This document shows, piece by piece, positions 26,656-35,973 of a stretch of 64,000 bases of DNA. The translations under genes were made by a program, and so were the position numbers. Origin of the DNA: Oscillospiraceae bacterium (lineage in GTDB: Bacteria > Bacillota > Clostridia > Oscillospirales > CAG-272). The notes below the pieces were generated by a model. The model was given only the letters and a program-made list of their open reading frames with translations. It was not told the DNA's origin and ran no database searches. Location of the stretch: the NCBI GenBank assembly GCA_015064315.1, contig SVSL01000001.1:15801-79800 (forward strand), written 5' to 3'. Each line of letters begins with the position of its first letter. Within the stretch, counting starts at the first letter, position 1.

Positions 26656-27330
26656 TTACGCCCTTGCACCGGTTTTGGAAAGAACCAGCTCGGCAAGCTT
26701 TGCGGTGCATTCGTCGGGGGTCATCCAGGAGTTATCAAAGGTAACGGCATCGGGTGCCGCAACGGCGGGAGCCACCTCACGGGTACTGTCGGCACGGTCA
26801 CGCTCGATCATATCCGCAAGCACCTCCTCGTAAGAGGTCTCGATTCCCTTTGCCTTCAGCTCGTCGCATCTTCTCTGCGCGCGACATTCGTTGCTGGCGG
26901 TGAGATAGATCTTCACGTCAGCATTGGGGAGAATCACGGTACCGATATCACGTCCATCCATGATCACGCTGTTCTTCTTGGCGATATCTCTCTGGGTATC
27001 CAGAAGGAAGGCTCTGACCGCGGGAATTGCCGAAACGGCAGAAGCGTACATGGACATTTCGGGAGTGCGGATCTTATCGCCCAGATTTTCGCCGTTCAGG
27101 CAAACGATCTGCGTACCGTTCTCATATTTTAATTCGATCTCGATCTCGGGGAGCAGAGCCTCCACCGCAACGGGATCCTTGGGATCTACGTTCTTGGAGC
27201 GCACGTAGTAGCCGATGGTGCGATAAAGCGCACCCGTATCAACGTATACGATACCCAGCTTGGCGGCAAGCGCCTTGGCAACGGTGGATTTTCCGGCTCC
27301 GCTGGGGCCGTCAATGGCAATTTGAATCAT
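26656..27330 (-). CDS. cmk: cytidylate kinase
   Basis: MIQIAIDGPSGAGKSTVAKALAAKLGIVYVDTGALYR is typical Cmk. ATG 27330 was chosen. The 107-aa Arg/Ser-rich N-terminal extension of the ORF-track ORF is not credible. Confidence 0.9.
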   Translation of the reverse strand: MIQIAIDGPSGAGKSTVAKALAAKLGIVYVDTGALYRTIGYYVRSKNVDPKDPVAVEALLPEIEIELKYENGTQIVCLNGENLGDKIRTPEMSMYASAVSAIPAVRAFLLDTQRDIAKKNSVIMDGRDIGTVILPNADVKIYLTASNECRAQRRCDELKAKGIETSYEEVLADMIERDRADSTREVAPAVAAPDAVTFDNSWMTPDECTAKLAELVLSKTGARA

Positions 27331-27382
27331 GGTTTTATCCTGCCCTGCAAGCGCGGGGCGTATCCTTTCTTTTACTGATCTT

Positions 27383-28657
27383 TTACTGATCACCGTATGC
27401 CGCGGAGCTGCCCGCCAACGCACCGGTGGAAAACGCGATTTGAAGATTGAAGCCGCCGGTATAGGCGTCCACGTCGATGATCTCCCCCGCAAAATAAAGC
27501 CCTTGCACAAGCTTAGAGCCCATGGTCTTGGGGCTGATCTCCTTGACCGAAACGCCGCCGCGTGTGACGATCGCCTCCTCGATGGGACGGAAGCCCTTGA
27601 TGGAAACACTGATATCCTTGAGCGTTCTGACCATTTTCTCGCGCTCCTCACGAGTGATGGAATTCACCTTTTTCCGGGGATCGATTCCGCAAAGCGCGAT
27701 AAAAGGCTCGATCATCTTCTGGGGCAAGAGATCGTCCAAGGAGTTGATCAGATCCTTATTTTTATATTTGGAAAAATCCGAAAGCAATCTCGCGTCCAGC
27801 GTTTTTTCATCCAACGCGGGCTTGAGGTCAATATGCGCGGTGTATTTTCCGGGAGCCATGTTCTTCAAGTGAGCAGACGCCGAGAGGATCAGCGGTCCCG
27901 TCAGACCGAAATGGGTAAACATCATCTCCCCAAAATCCTCATACACAGCCTTTCCGCTTTGGGTATCCGTAATACAGAGCGCCACGTTTTTCAAAGAAAG
28001 CCCTTGCATGGAAGCGCAAAGCTTTCCATCGGCAACCAAGGGAACGAGCGAGCCGAACAAAGGCTCCACACGATGTCCCAGCGCCTCGGCAAAGCGATAT
28101 CCGTCACCGTCCGAGCCGGTCAAGGGGTAGGATTTTCCGCCCGTACAAAGGATCACCGCATCGGCGCGATCCTCGGCATTGCCCGAAAGCGCCACACCAA
28201 CGGCACAACCGTCCTCAAAAAGGATTCTCTGCACCCTGCGGTGAAGAATCTCCACGTCGCTCTCACGGCATTTCTTCTCCATGGCGAAAACGATATCCCC
28301 TGCTCTGTCGGAAACCGGAAAAACACGCTGTCCGCGCTCGGTCTTGAGGGGAACGCCCAAGCCTTCAAAGAACGCCATGGTATCGGCGGTGGAAAGATGC
28401 GAAAGCGGCGCATAGAGAAAACGGGGATTGGTGGGCACGTTGGAAAGGAAGGTGTTCAGATCACAGTCGTTGGTCACGTTACAGCGCCCCTTGCCCGTGA
28501 TGCGAAGCTTCTTGCCCATGCGGTCATTCCGCTCGTAAAGCGTTACGCGGGCACCGCATTCCGCAGCCGTAATAGCCGCCATCATGCCTGCCGCGCCGCC
28601 GCCGATGACAATGACGTGGCGCATACCGTCAGTCTCGTTTTTTGTCATAAACTTCAT
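27383..28657 (-). CDS. NAD(P)/FAD-dependent oxidoreductase (HI0933/BaiN-like flavoprotein)
   Basis: VIVIGGGAAGMMAA is a dinucleotide-binding motif and GKKLRITGKGRCNVTN is typical of the HI0933 family. The start is uncertain: 28657, or 28624 (MRHVIVIGGG). Confidence 0.8.
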   Translation of the reverse strand: MKFMTKNETDGMRHVIVIGGGAAGMMAAITAAECGARVTLYERNDRMGKKLRITGKGRCNVTNDCDLNTFLSNVPTNPRFLYAPLSHLSTADTMAFFEGLGVPLKTERGQRVFPVSDRAGDIVFAMEKKCRESDVEILHRRVQRILFEDGCAVGVALSGNAEDRADAVILCTGGKSYPLTGSDGDGYRFAEALGHRVEPLFGSLVPLVADGKLCASMQGLSLKNVALCITDTQSGKAVYEDFGEMMFTHFGLTGPLILSASAHLKNMAPGKYTAHIDLKPALDEKTLDARLLSDFSKYKNKDLINSLDDLLPQKMIEPFIALCGIDPRKKVNSITREEREKMVRTLKDISVSIKGFRPIEEAIVTRGGVSVKEISPKTMGSKLVQGLYFAGEIIDVDAYTGGFNLQIAFSTGALAGSSAAYGDQ

Positions 28658-29492
28658 ACCGATCCCAAACCTCCTCCAGAATGCGGAGACGTTCGGTCAC
28701 TTCCTTTTGCTTTTTACGGGAAACCGCCATGACGATGGCGTTGATGATGCTAAGAGGTGCTACCAAGGAGTCCACAAAGGAGATCATATCGCTCTGCGCA
28801 ATGAGAAGCTCGTCGGCGTGTGCCGCAATGGGAGCCACCTTACTGTCGGTAAGCGCCACCACGTTTGCCTTTCTGCTTCTGGCATATTCCACGGCATTGA
28901 TGATACGCTTGGAATATCGGGGGAAGCTGATGGCGATCATCACGTCGCCCTCCCCAATCTGCATGATCTGCTCAAACATTTCACTTCCCGAGGTGGTCTG
29001 AATGAACTTGACGTTATCAAAGATCATTTGGAAATTGAAATTCAAAAAGCTTGCCAGAGAGGACGAGGAGCGCACACCGATGATATAGATCCGCTTTGCA
29101 GAGGTGATCCGCTCAATGGCTCTCTCAAAGGAAGCCTGATCCACCTCTTCAAGGGTTCTGCGGATCTTTTCGGCATCCGAAATCAGAACACGCTCCAGAA
29201 TATTTTCGTCACCGATGAGGCTATTGGTCACCTCAATGCGCTGAAAAGAGGTCAGGCGGTTGCGCATGATCTCCTGAAGCGCGTGTTGAAATTCCGGGTA
29301 TCCCTCAAAGCCCAGCTCAATGGCAAAGCGTACCACGGTAGACTCGGATACTCCCACGTAGGCACCCAGCTTGGAGGCAGTGAGATACGCCGCCTTATCA
29401 TAGTGGTCGAGAATATAATTGGCAATCAGCTTTTGTCCTTTTGAGAAGGAGCCCATGCCGTTTTCTATTTTTTTTAATACGTCGCAATTCAT
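28629..29492 (-). CDS. MurR/RpiR family transcriptional regulator
   Basis: N-terminal HTH (LTASKLGAYVGVSESTVVRFAIELGFEGYPEF) plus a C-terminal SIS-like domain (IYIIGVRSSSSLA). Confidence 0.85.
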   Translation of the reverse strand: MNCDVLKKIENGMGSFSKGQKLIANYILDHYDKAAYLTASKLGAYVGVSESTVVRFAIELGFEGYPEFQHALQEIMRNRLTSFQRIEVTNSLIGDENILERVLISDAEKIRRTLEEVDQASFERAIERITSAKRIYIIGVRSSSSLASFLNFNFQMIFDNVKFIQTTSGSEMFEQIMQIGEGDVMIAISFPRYSKRIINAVEYARSRKANVVALTDSKVAPIAAHADELLIAQSDMISFVDSLVAPLSIINAIVMAVSRKKQKEVTERLRILEEVWDRYEVYDKKRD

Positions 29493-29646
29493 ATCTCAAG
29501 ATCCCCTTTACAGGTCTTCGTTTTTTTGCATACATATTATTATACCTCAAAAAAACCGAAATGTCAACTCTTTTTTGGAAAACCGAGCGCGTAATTTTTG
29601 GAATTTTGGAACGCATCAAAAAAGCTGCTACTTTGAATCAAAGCTC

Positions 29647-29675
29647 TTGATTTCTTTTCAAAAGTGTGTTATACT
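29647..29675 (+). promoter_or_regulatory. putative promoter of the DtxR/MntR-family gene
   Basis: TTGATT (29647-29652), a 17-nt spacer, then TATACT (29670-29675). It lies about 28 nt upstream of ATG 29704. Confidence 0.5.
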
Positions 29676-29703
29676 AATACTATCACGACAAGGAGGTGAA
29701 CCA

Positions 29704-30063
29704 ATGAAAACAACAGAATCTGCCGAAATGTATCTGGAAACCATTCTGCTTTTGCAGGAAAAGCATCCGCAGGTGCGTTCCATTGACATCGTTCACCAAA
29801 CGGGATATTCCAAGCCCAGCGTCAGCCGTGCCGTGGGACTTCTGAAGCAAAGAAGCCTCATCGACGTGGATTTTGGCGGCTACATTTCCCTGACAGCTGA
29901 CGGAAAAGCCCTTGCCGCCAAGGTTCTGGAGCGTCACCGCATCATCACCGATTTTTTGATCGACTTGGGTGTATCCCCCGAGATCGCCGCCGAGGATGCC
30001 TGCAAAATGGAGCATATCATCAGCGACGAGGTATTCAACCGAATGAAAGAGCGCTTGAAATAA
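29704..30063 (+). CDS. mntR: DtxR/MntR family metal-dependent transcriptional repressor
   Basis: MKTTESAEMYLETILLLQEKHPQVRSIDIVHQTGYSKPSVSRAVGLLK...LERHRIITDFL...EDACKMEHIIS is typical MntR/IdeR. ATG 29704 follows AAGGAGGTG. No metal transporter is adjacent. Confidence 0.85.
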   Translation: MKTTESAEMYLETILLLQEKHPQVRSIDIVHQTGYSKPSVSRAVGLLKQRSLIDVDFGGYISLTADGKALAAKVLERHRIITDFLIDLGVSPEIAAEDACKMEHIISDEVFNRMKERLK

Positions 30064-30073
30064 CGGCAAAAAT

Positions 30074-30106
30074 CACGGACTCCCTGCAAAATGCAAGGAG
30101 TCCGTG
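30074..30106. terminator. bidirectional terminator between convergent mntR and GT8-acyltransferase genes
   Basis: CACGGACTCCCTGC-AAAA-TGCAAGGAGTCCGTG is an imperfect 14-bp stem, followed by ATTTTATTTTT on the + strand. Confidence 0.7.
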
Positions 30107-30115
30107 ATTTTATTT

Positions 30116-31912
30116 TTACACCTCTGCTTCAAGAAGCGCAGGCTCTGCCGTATCGTATCGCAGAGGAATTCCGTATTCTCTCTCGTAAATTTCCTTCCAG
30201 ACACGGTAATTCTCCGAAAGCATCCAAGCGGTATTGGCACTCACCGACTGTCCCTCTTTGGGGTAGATGGGCTCGGAAATGTGAATGGTGTATTCCTGCA
30301 CGGGGAAGCCGTCCTCCCCTACTCTGTCGCTATCCCGCATGGTGATGAAGCAAGGGATCACGGGCACGCCGCTCTTGGCGGCAAAGTAGAAGCCGCCATC
30401 CTTGAGAGGCTTGGGCTTGCGGTAATTCCACCACATGCTCTGCTCGGGATAGATCAAAATGAAATGTCCATCCTTCAGAAGCGTATCGGTAGCATGGAAG
30501 AACTCACGCATGGTCTTTCGGTTGGAGGAAAGCGGCAGCGTGTGATGATGTCGCATCAAAAAACCGAAAAAGCCCGGGAATGAGGTATAGTTTCCCTCGC
30601 GGATCACGCGGTAAAAGTTTTTCTTTTTTTCTCTCTGCCCCGAATATTCATATGCCATCTGAATGGCAAAGCTGTCAAAGGCGTTGAAATGATTGCAGGT
30701 GATCACGGCACCGCTCTCCATGGATGCGAGGTGCTTCATCCCCACGATATCCTTGATGATCAGCTTTTCCTGATCCATCAGATTGTAAACGTAGCGTCTG
30801 GCAAGAGAATGGGAAAAACGGAACAAAAGGCGGCTGCTCCATTTTTTTCCCAGATAATCTACCTCGCCCGGCATGATCTGACGGGAAGGCGGATCGTTTT
30901 CCACGTCCAGATCGAATTTTCCCTGCTTTTCCAGCGCGTTGATCTTATCAAGAATCTCCAATCTGCCCGCGTCTCTGCCCGCGTTCTTTCGGTTGAGATA
31001 GTTGTCGGGACGGTTGGTCTCCTCCTGCGCCAGTGCCGCAAGACGGCGGCAGGATTCCTCATCGGCGGCGCGCTTTTCGTCGGTGTAAGCGTCCAGAATC
31101 GCCTTGATCTCTTCGTAAACCGCGGTCTTTTTGGCAGCCTTCCAGAACAGATCGCCCCAACGGCAATCGGCATAATGCCAGGGCTTGGAGGTCATGATAT
31201 AGTGAATCACCTTGGCGTCGTGCTTCTCCACACCGATCTCGCCAAAGACCTCGGTGTTCCAGCATTGGGGCAGAAAACGAACGTGATCCTTGCAGATGAC
31301 GTTGAGATAATCCTCGTCCTGGGTCACGCGGAAATCGTACTCCTCCAAAAGCTTTGCAAAGGCATCCAAAACCTTTCTTTCACGGAAGCGGCGACAGTTG
31401 ATCAGAAGCACGCCTGCGTTGAAATAAGCATCGCGATCAATGCCAAGGCATTTTTCCACGTAAGTACCAAAGACGTCCTCCTGCACCATTGCCTGCTCGT
31501 GGCAAGCACCCAGATCCCAATCCTCAATATCGTAATCAAAAAGCTCGGCAATATTCCCCTCTACCACGGTATCGCTATCAATGTAGATGGCTTTATCCAG
31601 CTCGGGGAACATCTCGGCAATGAACATACGGTAATAGGTGGTCTTGCTGTAATAGTCACGGATCGGCATTTTGGAGCTGATGGACTGCAGATAGGAGGTA
31701 ACGTCGTCGAAAATGATGGAAAAATTCTCATTCTCCATTTTGCGGACCTCTTTTTGGGTCATGATATCGATATCGGTATGCAAAATATGAATCTCATAGA
31801 AACGGTCAAGAACGGCGTTTTCCATCATGGACGCCAGAGACACCATGGTAAACTTTACAAAATTACAGTCGCACGCGTAAAAAATCGGAATGACCTTGGA
31901 TGCTTTTTTCAT
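30116..31912 (-). CDS. fusion protein: family 8 glycosyltransferase (N-terminal) + PlsC/LPLAT-type acyltransferase (C-terminal)
   Basis: ATG 31912 follows AAGGAGGAAAAG. GT8 motifs are IPIFYACDCNFV, IYIDSDTVV (DxD), YFNAGVLLIN and SKPWHY. C-terminal acyltransferase motifs are NHFNAFD (HX4D) and IYPEQS. No TM helix is seen. Confidence 0.75.
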   Translation of the reverse strand: MKKASKVIPIFYACDCNFVKFTMVSLASMMENAVLDRFYEIHILHTDIDIMTQKEVRKMENENFSIIFDDVTSYLQSISSKMPIRDYYSKTTYYRMFIAEMFPELDKAIYIDSDTVVEGNIAELFDYDIEDWDLGACHEQAMVQEDVFGTYVEKCLGIDRDAYFNAGVLLINCRRFRERKVLDAFAKLLEEYDFRVTQDEDYLNVICKDHVRFLPQCWNTEVFGEIGVEKHDAKVIHYIMTSKPWHYADCRWGDLFWKAAKKTAVYEEIKAILDAYTDEKRAADEESCRRLAALAQEETNRPDNYLNRKNAGRDAGRLEILDKINALEKQGKFDLDVENDPPSRQIMPGEVDYLGKKWSSRLLFRFSHSLARRYVYNLMDQEKLIIKDIVGMKHLASMESGAVITCNHFNAFDSFAIQMAYEYSGQREKKKNFYRVIREGNYTSFPGFFGFLMRHHHTLPLSSNRKTMREFFHATDTLLKDGHFILIYPEQSMWWNYRKPKPLKDGGFYFAAKSGVPVIPCFITMRDSDRVGEDGFPVQEYTIHISEPIYPKEGQSVSANTAWMLSENYRVWKEIYEREYGIPLRYDTAEPALLEAEV

Positions 31913-32180
31913 TGGCTTTTCCTCCTTAAAATCAATTCTTGGGAAATACTTTTTTCTATAATTCGTTTTAAAAATCATCTTCTTCATCTCAAAAGCCTCT
32001 TGATGTGGTTTTCAATACTATATTAGCACACCTTGGAGACTTTGTCAAGATGTTTTTTCAATATTTTTCAAAAAAAAGAAAAAGGAAGGCTCAGAGAGTC
32101 TGCAAAATTAGCGGTAAAATTGAAATGAGTCACCACGTTTTTCGTGGTGGCTTTTTGATATGCGGAAAACAAAGAAGAAG

Positions 32181-32198
32181 CCCCGCCGAAGCGGGGCA
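32181..32198 (-). terminator. terminator of the XRE-family gene
   Basis: GCCCCGC-CGAA-GCGGGGC is followed on the minus strand by TTCTTCTTTGTTTT. It lies 5 nt after the stop at 32203. Confidence 0.5.
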
Positions 32199-32202
32199 AG
32201 AA

Positions 32203-33012
32203 TTAAAACTGTATAGGATAATCACCGTAACCCATACAACACGAAATTCCTTTTAATGAATAGCGTTGCATTTCAAGGGTTGCAAAAAGAATGCACAGAC
32301 AAGTATGATACATTTCGTTGATTTCATAGGTAAAGCCTAAAGATTTATGCTTGGATTTCTTTTCAATTACAACGTTAACAGCAATCAATTCATCAAGAGC
32401 TTCACGTAATGTGTTTTCCTCAAAACTCAATTTTTCTTTCATTTCTCCAAAGCTGATGTCGCTCATGGATATGATAGCCAAACAAACGAGGATATTGTTT
32501 TTCTTTGAAAATGTGGGGAGAATTGTTTGTGCAAATTCCACCGTATCTTGGTTTACATTTTCATAAAACTTTCTTGTAACAAGCGCGCCGTAGCCCTTAC
32601 CCGATAGCAGTGACAACCCATTTTCACCAGAAATGTGTGCAGGCTGATCATACATTACCGTATTTTTTCCTCTAAGATTACCACAAGAAATGCCGTGATG
32701 AGCAGAGGCAAATATTTTCAGAGCGTCTTCATAAGATGCCATACTCATTTGTGCGTGTTCTGCTACTTTGTCAAAAACCTTATTATAGATGTCATTATAG
32801 ACATAGTCCTCACCGTAGAAAAGATAGTCTATACTTACTTCAAAGTATGTAGCTATCAGAGGAAGCGTTTGCACATCAGGAAAAGATGTATTGGTTTCCC
32901 ATTTCGAAATAGCTTGGGGAGAAATGTTCAGCGCACTTGCCAACTGCTCTTGGGTAATGCCCTTACGTTTCCTGAGATCTGCTATATTTTTTGAAATGTT
33001 TATTTCTTTCAT
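32203..33012 (-). CDS. XRE-family HTH transcriptional regulator with uncharacterised C-terminal domain
   Basis: MKEINISKNIADLRKRKGITQEQLASALNISPQAISKWETNTSFPDVQTLPLIATYFEVSIDYLF is a canonical HTH_3 domain. ATG 33012 has an AAAGGAAAC RBS. The gene is visibly AT-rich relative to its flanks. Confidence 0.75.
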   Translation of the reverse strand: MKEINISKNIADLRKRKGITQEQLASALNISPQAISKWETNTSFPDVQTLPLIATYFEVSIDYLFYGEDYVYNDIYNKVFDKVAEHAQMSMASYEDALKIFASAHHGISCGNLRGKNTVMYDQPAHISGENGLSLLSGKGYGALVTRKFYENVNQDTVEFAQTILPTFSKKNNILVCLAIISMSDISFGEMKEKLSFEENTLREALDELIAVNVVIEKKSKHKSLGFTYEINEMYHTCLCILFATLEMQRYSLKGISCCMGYGDYPIQF

Positions 33013-33261
33013 AATCAAGTTTCCTTTTCGAATTTCACCGCGAGCTCTTCGGTTGTGATTAAATTATATCACAAAAACAGCAAGAAGTAAACAACTTGTT
33101 CGGATTGCATATCAACTCACAGTTGTTCGTCACTTGTCAGAATAGATATTCAGTTGTTTTGCGCTTTCCCGACGCTCGCGTCTGGGGCAAGCATAGCGCG
33201 TGGATGTCCACGCACCATCGGGCAGAAGCCCGTACCCACTGTCCGCAGAGGAACAAACGGT

Positions 33262-33456
33262 TGTAGGACAGGGGCTTGCTCCCGCCGAACTGAAGGCATT
33301 TACAAATTCAAAAACGGGCGACCGCCGGTCGCCCCTACAAATAAACACCTAACCAATGTAGGGGCGAACACTGTTCGCCCGTGTGCTTCAAGGAATGCCT
33401 CTCAATAAATCATCTTATTATGAAAACGAACGGCGGGAGCAAGCCCCCGCCCTACG
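33262..33456. repeat. cluster 1 of REP-like palindromic units (TGTAGG-hairpin type), nested inverted arrangement
   Basis: Four units: 33262-33290 (+), 33314-33339 (-), 33357-33382 (+) and 33428-33456 (-). The outer pair share the core GGGGCTTGCTCCCGCCG. The inner pair share the arms TGTAGGGGCGA/TCGCCCGT. Confidence 0.6.
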
Positions 33457-33561
33457 TTATGAAATTGTTTTCTCCGCTAAAGTTACAGAGACGACGAAGA
33501 GCTTTCCTTTTTTGCAGCCGCAAATTCTTTAGCTGCTTTTTTGATTTAACGCTTCTCTTTT

Positions 33562-34200
33562 TTAAAAATGCTTCAAAAGGTCGCCAAAGGTGTCCAGCGA
33601 GATCTTTGCCAAGGGTGAGGAGTGGGCGCTTCCGATGGCAACGGGAAGCATCTTCCCTGCCACCGCGCCCTCAAGACCTGCCTCGGCATCCTCAATAACG
33701 GCGCAAGCCTCGGGAGCAAGTCCGACAAATTCCGCTGCCTTGAGGAAGACCTCGGGATCGGGCTTGGACTTGGTAATGTTGTTACCGTCGGAAATAGCAT
33801 CAAAATAGCTTGTCATCTCGGTGCGCTCCAGAATGAAGCCCGCATTTTTGCTGGAGGAGCCAACCGCCAGCTTGTAGCCCTTTTCGCGCAATGCCTTCAA
33901 AGTGTCGCGAACCTCCTCGGAGACATCGGCAGGGGTCATTTTTTGCAGATAGGTGCGGTAAAGCTCGTTCTTTTGCGTAGCGTATTTTTCCTTCTCCTCC
34001 TCGGTCAGCTTCAGCTCGGGCTTGTTGGCGAGAATGATCTCAAAGCTTGCCATACGGCTCACACCGCGAAGCTTTTCGTTGTCCTTTTCGGTAAAGGGGA
34101 TATTCAGTTCATCGGCAAGGCTCTTCCATGCCAAGTAGTGAAAATGATCGGTGGAAAGCACCACGCCGTCCAGATCAAAGATAATGCCTTTTACATTCAT
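33562..34200 (-). CDS. pgmB: beta-phosphoglucomutase (HAD superfamily IA)
   Basis: FDLDGVVLSTD, LRGVSR, KPDPEVFLKAAE and IEDAEAGLEG match beta-PGM motifs. 212 aa. Confidence 0.75.
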   Translation of the reverse strand: MNVKGIIFDLDGVVLSTDHFHYLAWKSLADELNIPFTEKDNEKLRGVSRMASFEIILANKPELKLTEEEKEKYATQKNELYRTYLQKMTPADVSEEVRDTLKALREKGYKLAVGSSSKNAGFILERTEMTSYFDAISDGNNITKSKPDPEVFLKAAEFVGLAPEACAVIEDAEAGLEGAVAGKMLPVAIGSAHSSPLAKISLDTFGDLLKHF

Positions 34201-34224
34201 CTGTATGTATTCCTTTCGGTAAAA

Positions 34225-35973
34225 TCACTGAATTTTTTCAAGATCGAGAGAGGGGCCGTAGGAAAGTCGGGTCTCCCACTTTCCGCAGAAGGGATCTACG
34301 GGAGAGATTCCCTCAAATTTGCTGTTGCCCAGCAGCTTTTGGATCAGCGACTCCATGACGTTCTTGCTGTCGCCGTAGCAGTTGATATAGGTTCTCATGT
34401 GGGGGATATCCAAAAGATAATAGGGATTTTCAAAGGAAACGAAGACCGTGGGAATGGTGTGGTTGTAGGTGGGGATGTTTGCGCCCAGAGGATCCGCCCA
34501 GCGGATACGCGACACAGGCTGATAGCGCACGCGCTTGGACGCGGCGTAAAGAATGAGATCGTACTTCTCCTTCATTTCATCCACCGAGGTCATGGCGCCC
34601 TCCTTGCCCTGATTCGCTTCAAACACCGTCATCTCAAAGCCTGCCTCCTGCAAGAGCTTAAAGAATTTATAGTTGACGTTGCCCGCCGACTCAAAGGGCT
34701 CCGCCTTCTGTCCGAGATGATCCATGGGACAGAACAAAATACGGGGGAAGCGCTTGGGAGTTAAGGGGAAGACCCCCTTCTCTTCCTTGACCAGCGTAAT
34801 GGCACGGTCGGCGCACTCACGGCTCCACTCCTTGAAGGTTGCGTTGCCCAGCACCTTCTTGGCGTCCTCATAGGAAGGAACAAGGGTACCCTTCTTTTGC
34901 TTTTCGGGAAGCCCCAAGGATGCCTTGAGGGCGAGGATTCTTGTCACTGCCTCGTCAAGGCGCGCACGATCGAACACGCCCTTCTCATAGCCACGGCGCA
35001 TGAATTCCAGATCCTCCTCCAGATTCTTGGTAAAGAGGAACATATCGCAGCCTGCCGCAATGGTCATGGGAACGGTGTCCTCACGGGGGAGGAAGAGCGC
35101 CAGTCCCGCCATGGCGGAGGAATCGGTGATAATGAGTCCGTTAAAGCCCAGCTTCTCACGCAGAAGCCCCGTTACAAGAGCCTTATTGACCGATGCGGGA
35201 AGCATTTCTTCATCCCGTGTGTCGGGGGCAAAATATTTGGTGTACGCAGGCTGCAGGATGTGACCGATCATAACGGTTTTGGTTCCCGCCTCAATGCCTG
35301 CGCGGTAAATCTCGCCGTAGGTGGCATCCCACTCCTCGCAGGAGCAGGTGTTGATGGAAATGGCAACGTGCTGATCTCTTTCGTCACAGCCATCCCCCGG
35401 AAAATGCTTGATACAAGCCGCAACACCGTGCTTTTGGATCTCCTCCACGTATGCCACGCCCATTGCCTTGACCTTTTCGGGATCCGAGCCAAAGGTGCGT
35501 ACGTTGGTAATGGGATTGCGCCAGTTGGTGTCAATGTCCACAATGGGAGCGAACGCCCAGTTTGCGCCCACGGCACTTCCCTCCACGCCGCAGATCTCAC
35601 CCAAACGGCGGGCATATTCGGCATCGGTGGTAGCACCGATCTGCATAGGCTTTGCATAGGAGGTTCCGTCCTTGGCAAGCCCGTTTCCTCCCGCCTCCAG
35701 ATTGGCGGCAACCAACAGGGGGATCTTGGAGTACCGTTGCATTCTTTCCACGGCGGAAATACATTGCTCAGCCTTCATGGGGCGTCCCATAAAGCCGCCT
35801 GGACGGATCTCCTCACCGATATAGCGGCAGTATTCCTCGTTATCGTCGTAAGTCACCAAGCAAAACAGATGGCGAAGCTTATCATCCTCGGTCATGGATG
35901 CCAGCGTATTCTCAACCCACGCAACCTGCTCATCGTTCAGATCAAAGGGCTTGGCGCGTAAATTTACAGACAT
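34225..35973 (-). CDS. glycoside hydrolase family 3 protein (NagZ/BglX-like), cytoplasmic
   Basis: KHFPGDG and GLIITDSSAMAG are GH3 N-terminal domain motifs. 582 aa with no signal peptide. Confidence 0.8.
   Translation of the reverse strand: MSVNLRAKPFDLNDEQVAWVENTLASMTEDDKLRHLFCLVTYDDNEEYCRYIGEEIRPGGFMGRPMKAEQCISAVERMQRYSKIPLLVAANLEAGGNGLAKDGTSYAKPMQIGATTDAEYARRLGEICGVEGSAVGANWAFAPIVDIDTNWRNPITNVRTFGSDPEKVKAMGVAYVEEIQKHGVAACIKHFPGDGCDERDQHVAISINTCSCEEWDATYGEIYRAGIEAGTKTVMIGHILQPAYTKYFAPDTRDEEMLPASVNKALVTGLLREKLGFNGLIITDSSAMAGLALFLPREDTVPMTIAAGCDMFLFTKNLEEDLEFMRRGYEKGVFDRARLDEAVTRILALKASLGLPEKQKKGTLVPSYEDAKKVLGNATFKEWSRECADRAITLVKEEKGVFPLTPKRFPRILFCPMDHLGQKAEPFESAGNVNYKFFKLLQEAGFEMTVFEANQGKEGAMTSVDEMKEKYDLILYAASKRVRYQPVSRIRWADPLGANIPTYNHTIPTVFVSFENPYYLLDIPHMRTYINCYGDSKNVMESLIQKLLGNSKFEGISPVDPFCGKWETRLSYGPSLDLEKIQ

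Noticed and set aside
27331-27651. 107-aa Arg/Ser/Pro-rich N-terminal extension of the cmk ORF.
   Set aside because: The canonical Cmk N-terminus (MIQIAIDGPSGAGKST) begins at ATG 27330. The extension overlaps the 3' end of the upstream flavoprotein gene in another frame and has non-protein-like composition.
32005-32256. 83-aa + strand ORF between the GT8 fusion and the XRE gene.
   Set aside because: It has no RBS, it crosses two terminator hairpins and the 3' end of the XRE gene, and its composition is not protein-like. The + strand hairpin plus T-run at 32132-32157 remains unexplained, but the evidence is too thin to call a gene or sRNA.
33130-33470. A CRISPR array or protein-coding genes in the palindromic repeat clusters (also 37230-37640 and 49960-50175).
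   Set aside because: The units occur in mixed orientation with irregular spacing and different lengths, and no cas genes are present. The ORFs through them (for example 33130..33348 and 37301..37558) are Arg/Gly/Cys-rich translations of hairpin repeats.
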